Shown here: one piece after another, positions 27,116 through 31,599 of the stretch
Numbering within the stretch: the first letter of the stretch is position 1
How the letters are laid out: each line of letters starts with the position of its first letter
Virus record (IMG/VR): IMGVR_UViG_3300030330_000808
Coordinates: 1 to 31,599 of that record
From: a virus
Taxonomy: Duplodnaviria; Caudoviricetes
Strand: one strand, 5' to 3'
Length of the DNA: 31,599 nt
Program-made: the position numbers and the translations under genes
Notes under the pieces: model-generated
What the model saw: only the letters and a program-made list of their open reading frames with translations
Told to the model about the DNA's origin: nothing
Database searches by the model: none

Positions 27116-27631
27116 ATGAGTTGTAGCCTTAATTCGGGATTTAGCCGCGATTGCAGTGACAGTATCGGAGGCATTGAAGAGGTTCTTATTTCTGAAAGAG
27201 ATAATGTAACAGCCTTCACACTTGCCAACCACGAAATCACAGCAATCACACAAGCTGGTGCAACTAGCTTTTATAGATATGAGTTAAAGAAAGAAGCTGG
27301 AAGTTTGACTTCTACTTCTACAATTGACTCAGTAGGTGGAACATCATTCTATGATAATGTTGCTGCATTTACAATAAATAAGTTAGCTGCTGCCAAGAGT
27401 AACGAGATTAAATTAATGATTTTAGCAAGACTGTTTGTAATTGTTAAAGATAACAATGGCAAATATTGGTCTTTAGGTGCTGATGCTTTTGCAGAAGGTT
27501 CAAGCCTTATAGCACAAACAGGACAAGCATTTGGTGATGCTAACCAATACCAAATAGAGATTATGGATAAGTCACAATATCCTTGCTATGAAGTACAGGC
27601 ATCAGTAGTTGCTGGTTTGACTATTGCTTAA
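27116..27631 (+). CDS. major tail (tube) protein
   Basis: MSC.L..G...DC.DSIGGI start, IVKDNNGKYW, TGQAFGDANQY. Confidence 0.75.
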   Translation: MSCSLNSGFSRDCSDSIGGIEEVLISERDNVTAFTLANHEITAITQAGATSFYRYELKKEAGSLTSTSTIDSVGGTSFYDNVAAFTINKLAAAKSNEIKLMILARLFVIVKDNNGKYWSLGADAFAEGSSLIAQTGQAFGDANQYQIEIMDKSQYPCYEVQASVVAGLTIA

Positions 27632-27665
27632 AATATTGCTTAGTTGTTCTTTTGTATAATTGTTG

Positions 27666-27701
27666 AAAGAGGATGGGTAAAAGTATCCATCCTTTTTTTT
27701 T
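27666..27701 (+). terminator. intrinsic terminator
   Basis: AGGATGGGTA-AAAG-TATCCATCCT hairpin plus long T run. Confidence 0.8.
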
Positions 27702-27713
27702 AAAAAATAAAAT

Positions 27714-27866
27714 ATGTTTAAGAAAGGATTAGAAAACCAAACTTGGATAGGTAAAGGTTTTAAGGTTTTAATTATAGAAGAAAATGCACAAATGTTAAAG
27801 AACTTAGGTGCTGATGTTTTTGCTGAGAAACCTAAAAAGAAAAAGAAAAATGATCCATCTGAATAA
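27714..27866 (+). CDS. small hypothetical protein (50 aa)
   Basis: MFKKGLENQTWIGKGF...KPKKKKKNDPSE*. Confidence 0.55.
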   Translation: MFKKGLENQTWIGKGFKVLIIEENAQMLKNLGADVFAEKPKKKKKNDPSE

Positions 27867-28254
27867 AGGAACATCAACTGAGTTTGCAGTAACATTGCAA
27901 GAAAAGACTACTCTTGCAACACCATTTTATTTGTTCAAGTTTACAAATGATACAAGTAAAGTGGATTACTTTTGTATTATTGCAGATACTTCGGCACAAA
28001 AGCAAAGGTTTAACTTATTCAGTTTTACAGAAGGTGTGAATGATGCGCTTAATGGTAGCTTAATTTTAAGTGGTTCAGGATATTATGACTATTATATTTA
28101 TGAGCAAGACAATGCAACAAATCTTGATCCAGCCAATGCAACTGGACTTGTAGAGCAAGGCAAGATGAGATTGTTTGATAGTGCTGACAATCCTGATTAC
28201 ACAAGCTACACACCAACAGGAACACAACAGAATTATATATATAATCCATCTTAG
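27850..28254 (+). CDS. virion structural protein
   Basis: Likely ATG 27850; beta-rich; GYYDYYIYEQ..NLDP..GLVEQGK. Confidence 0.6.
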   Translation: MIHLNKGTSTEFAVTLQEKTTLATPFYLFKFTNDTSKVDYFCIIADTSAQKQRFNLFSFTEGVNDALNGSLILSGSGYYDYYIYEQDNATNLDPANATGLVEQGKMRLFDSADNPDYTSYTPTGTQQNYIYNPS

Positions 28255-28256
28255 AT

Positions 28257-30122
28257 ATGTCAGTTAAACTTATACCAATAGACTTCAAAGGATATGAATT
28301 ACCAGTTTTTAAAGAAAGCAAAAAAGGTGATTGGTATGAATATGGAAGTGAAAGGCCTTATAAAAATTGTTATGGTGACTTTCTTGTAAAGCTATTAAAT
28401 GAGAGTAGTAAGCAATCAACTATAATAGACACCAAGACAAGGTTTATAGTAGGTCAAGGTTTTGTTATTGATGGCAATGCAACCTTTAGTGAAGAAGCAC
28501 AGATTGAAGCATTTTTAAGAATGCCTGGTGAGGATGGTAAGATGAATGATTTGCTTACTAAAGTTGTAAAGGATAAGAAAGTGTTTGGTGGCTTTGCAAT
28601 GCAGATTAGAGTTAATTCTAATATGAAGATTGTTAGTGTTGATCATTTAAATTTTAATGATGTTAGAGTAGGTGTTGAAGAAGGTGTTTATTTTTATACT
28701 TCAGACTGGAAGGCAAGAAATGTACAAGAGAATGAAGATTTTACAACATTAAAATTATTTCCATTTAATGATGAAGTTAATGCTGATACTAACTACATAA
28801 TTTACTACAAAGAATACAGACCAGACTTAGGTGAATATCCAATGCCTGATTACATTGCTGCTGTACCTTATTTAGAAGCAGATGCTGAGATAAGTAACTT
28901 CACTATACAGAATATTAGAAATGGTCTTTCAACTGGCTACATTGTGAGCTTTAACAACGGTCAGCCAAGTGATGAAGAAATGATGGAGATTGAGCATAGG
29001 TTCAAACAATATGCTACTGGAACAGATAATGCTGGTAAGCCTTTACTTAGCTTTACAGACCAAAACTCAGATCATCCTTCTATCATTCCTATTCCAATCG
29101 ATGGTAGAAATGACCAATTTCTGAACTTAAACAACCAAATTACACAAGAAATTTACACTGCACATTCTGTGACATCTCCAATGTTATTTGGAATAAAAGA
29201 TAATACTGGTCTTGGTAACAATGCAGATGAGCTAAGAACAGCTTTTGAAATATATTCTAATGTTCATATTGCACCTGAGCAAGATATAATGGAGCAAGTA
29301 TTTAATGAGATAATTAACTACAATGGACTTCCAAAGGTTTTAAAGATATTACCAATTGAACCAGTAAGCAAACCATTAAGTGAAGCTGTTGCTGTTAGTG
29401 TAATGACACAAGACGAGATAAGAGAAAAAATAGGTTTACCACCATTACAACCACAAGAAAGAGTAATGATGGATGACCAACTTGATGATATGATTTTTAA
29501 CCAACTTAAAGAACTTGGTTTTAATGCAAATGATTATGAAATTTTAGGCTCTTATCAAAATGAAATAACTTGTATTGAAGATGCTGAAAGGTTTGAAAAA
29601 GAAATATTAAGCAAACACAACTTTGCACTTGAAAGAGTTTTAACAGATACTGAAAAAGCAGTCTTGTCTATATTAATAGATACACCAAGCACACCAACAA
29701 ATGAAATTGCAAAAGCAATGGAAATATCTATTGAAGAAACCAATGAGATTATCCAAGAGCTTCAGAACATTGGTGCTTTAGATGTTAACTTTGAACCAAC
29801 AGAAGATGCTAAAAAAAGCATACAAAAGCCAACAGAAGAACTTATTGTTGCTTATAAGTATGTAAAAAGACCTGATGCTTCAGGAACACCAATAATACCA
29901 ACAACTAGAAACTTTTGCAGAAAAATGATAACTTATGCTGATGCTGGTAGATTATACACTTTAGACCAATTGAAGTTATTAAGAAACGATTTTAATCAAA
30001 CTGGCATTGATATCTTTCTGAAGCGTGGAGGATGGTACACAATACCAAATAGTAAACCAGCAAGAAGGAGGCCGTTTTGTCGTCACATTTGGGAGCAACA
30101 AGTAATTCGTAAAAAAAGATAA
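28257..30122 (+). CDS. portal protein with C-terminal extension
   Basis: YPMPDY, NG..G.I.FNNG, G..NAG, AH.VTSPMLFGI, GLGNNADE motifs. Confidence 0.85.
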   Translation: MSVKLIPIDFKGYELPVFKESKKGDWYEYGSERPYKNCYGDFLVKLLNESSKQSTIIDTKTRFIVGQGFVIDGNATFSEEAQIEAFLRMPGEDGKMNDLLTKVVKDKKVFGGFAMQIRVNSNMKIVSVDHLNFNDVRVGVEEGVYFYTSDWKARNVQENEDFTTLKLFPFNDEVNADTNYIIYYKEYRPDLGEYPMPDYIAAVPYLEADAEISNFTIQNIRNGLSTGYIVSFNNGQPSDEEMMEIEHRFKQYATGTDNAGKPLLSFTDQNSDHPSIIPIPIDGRNDQFLNLNNQITQEIYTAHSVTSPMLFGIKDNTGLGNNADELRTAFEIYSNVHIAPEQDIMEQVFNEIINYNGLPKVLKILPIEPVSKPLSEAVAVSVMTQDEIREKIGLPPLQPQERVMMDDQLDDMIFNQLKELGFNANDYEILGSYQNEITCIEDAERFEKEILSKHNFALERVLTDTEKAVLSILIDTPSTPTNEIAKAMEISIEETNEIIQELQNIGALDVNFEPTEDAKKSIQKPTEELIVAYKYVKRPDASGTPIIPTTRNFCRKMITYADAGRLYTLDQLKLLRNDFNQTGIDIFLKRGGWYTIPNSKPARRRPFCRHIWEQQVIRKKR

Positions 30123-30124
30123 TA

Positions 30125-30673
30125 ATGGCAAATGTTTTATTTATATCAGAAAGTTATTTAAAGAATAACAGTTTAATTGATGATAATGTAGATCAAAGAA
30201 TAATCTTACCATCAATAATTACTGCTCAGGATATGAGAAGCCATCCAATACTTGGTACACCCTTGTATGATGATTTAAAAAGCAAGATTATAGCTGGTAC
30301 TTTAAATGCAGATGAAAAGACTTTAATAGATGATTATATAGCCAAGTCACTTGTTTATTGGTCAATGTATGAATGTTCAACTTCAATGCTTTATAAGTAC
30401 AGAAATAAAAGTGTTGCAACAAAGAACAGTGAAAATGCACAACCAATAACAGCTCAAGATTTACAGTATCTTAGAGACGATTGGAAAACCAAAGCTGAAT
30501 TTTATGATGAAAGGTTAATTAATTACTTAATAGACAATAGAGAACTTTATCCTAAATATCAAGAAACAAGTGAAGATTTACACGCAAAGAAATCAGCATA
30601 TTCTACAAGCTTTTATTTAGGTCAAGGCTCAAGAATAGAATGTTGGAGAGATGAATATAAGTATTACAAATGA
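30125..30673 (+). CDS. head-tail adaptor
   Basis: NVLFISE..LK, AQD...PILGT.LY; follows portal. Confidence 0.65.
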   Translation: MANVLFISESYLKNNSLIDDNVDQRIILPSIITAQDMRSHPILGTPLYDDLKSKIIAGTLNADEKTLIDDYIAKSLVYWSMYECSTSMLYKYRNKSVATKNSENAQPITAQDLQYLRDDWKTKAEFYDERLINYLIDNRELYPKYQETSEDLHAKKSAYSTSFYLGQGSRIECWRDEYKYYK

Positions 30674-31134
30674 TAGTTACTTACAACCAAATAATAAAAC
30701 AACTAAATGACTTTGCTGATGCACATAAACAAGTGCAGAGTTTTGGCAATGGTAACTTATGGGAAGTAGTGCAACACAACCAACTCCAAAATTTCAACTA
30801 TCCTTTAATGTGGATTGTTGATCAACCAGCAACAGCAGGAAATGGTGACTTTACTTGGAACTTTCAAGTGATTGTAATGGATATTGTAAGAAAAGATGAA
30901 AGCAATGAGAATGAAGTAAAAAGTGACTGTGTACAAATATTAATTGATTTGATTGCATACTTTGAACAATTAGATAGTGAATTAAATAATGTAAACTGGA
31001 ACAAAGTGCAGCTTGTAAGATCAAGCACAGTAGAAATGTTTACTGAAAGATTTGAAGATGAGTTAAGTGGAGCAACCATAACTTTAGGTTTAAGGTTTCC
31101 ACAAAATTATAATAGATGTGAAATACCAATATAA
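30670..31134 (+). CDS. tail terminator-like protein
   Basis: YPLMWI, FTERFEDELSG; size and position. Confidence 0.6.
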   Translation: MIVTYNQIIKQLNDFADAHKQVQSFGNGNLWEVVQHNQLQNFNYPLMWIVDQPATAGNGDFTWNFQVIVMDIVRKDESNENEVKSDCVQILIDLIAYFEQLDSELNNVNWNKVQLVRSSTVEMFTERFEDELSGATITLGLRFPQNYNRCEIPI

Positions 31135-31599
31135 TGCCAACATTTTTTAATTTTAATAAAAGAAAAGGTGTCTTTATGATACCAGCTGGAGCTACTAAAA
31201 GTCCAACACCAGCACCTCCAGCGTTCAGTAACACCAAGAGTTTATTGATGGATGGTGTAGATGAATATGTAGATATAGGAATTGTAGATTTTCCACAAAA
31301 CTTATTAGATAATTTTTCTGTGTCTTATTGGGTAAAAATGGCTCCTATGACGGGTTCAAATTATACAAGAAGGCATCCAGTAAGCGTATCAACTTCAGTT
31401 ACGCCTTTAGATCAAACCGTTCATTTGAGAGTATGGGGATTTAATACTCAGTACAAGGTTAGAATTATTGGAAGTCTTTCTGGAGGTGGTGAAGGCACTA
31501 CTGATATAAGTGACAATCAATGGCATCACATAGCATACACTTATGAATATGATGCATCAACAACATACTACACTGTTAATATTTATGTAGATGGAAACA
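31134..31599 (+). CDS. LamG/concanavalin-A-like domain virion protein (3' truncated)
   Basis: Hand translation: ...SLLMDGVDEYVDIG...FSVSYWVK...DNQWHHIAYTY...IYVDGN; open to the window end. Confidence 0.8.
   Translation, partial: MPTFFNFNKRKGVFMIPAGATKSPTPAPPAFSNTKSLLMDGVDEYVDIGIVDFPQNLLDNFSVSYWVKMAPMTGSNYTRRHPVSVSTSVTPLDQTVHLRVWGFNTQYKVRIIGSLSGGGEGTTDISDNQWHHIAYTYEYDASTTYYTVNIYVDGN

Noticed and set aside
460-31237. All minus-strand ORFs in the track (e.g. 26202-26732, 12206-12583, 25416-25718)
   Set aside because: Antisense shadows of well-supported + strand genes with no recognisable motifs.
1-31599. Stop-codon recoding, tRNA genes, DGR, introns or inteins
   Set aside because: Genes are intact in the standard code with TAA, TAG and TGA all used as stops; no cloverleaf, reverse transcriptase or interrupted core gene recognised by eye.

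Overview
Near-complete genome of an AT-rich tailed dsDNA phage, most likely a siphovirus infecting Bacteroidota/Flavobacteriia. Host inference rests on A-rich leaders without Shine-Dalgarno motifs and on the protein families present. All credible genes are on the + strand. Order: lysis module (~0.3-2.0 kb), metallophosphoesterase, early/recombination genes (Rad52-like annealase, RecE-like exonuclease, SSB), a 7-deazaguanine DNA-modification cassette (nuclease-folE-dpdA-queC-DUF6884-like-queD-queE, ~6.2-10.3 kb), replication (DUF1376-like initiator, DnaB-like helicase, resolvase), an ECF-like sigma factor, terminase, then an unusually ordered virion module ending in a truncated LamG-domain gene. 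Main highlights: (1) the deazaguanine cassette contains an uncharacterised YaaA/DpdC-like gene and an adjacent nuclease, and its proteins carry beta-clamp-like tails; (2) CATG is essentially absent from the backbone but common in the cassette; (3) a -1 frameshift tail chaperone missed by the ORF track; (4) a second origin-like repeat element after terL; (5) a candidate sigma/late-promoter pair. No integrase, repressor or DNA polymerase was seen. All functional calls come from motif recognition by eye, not database searches.
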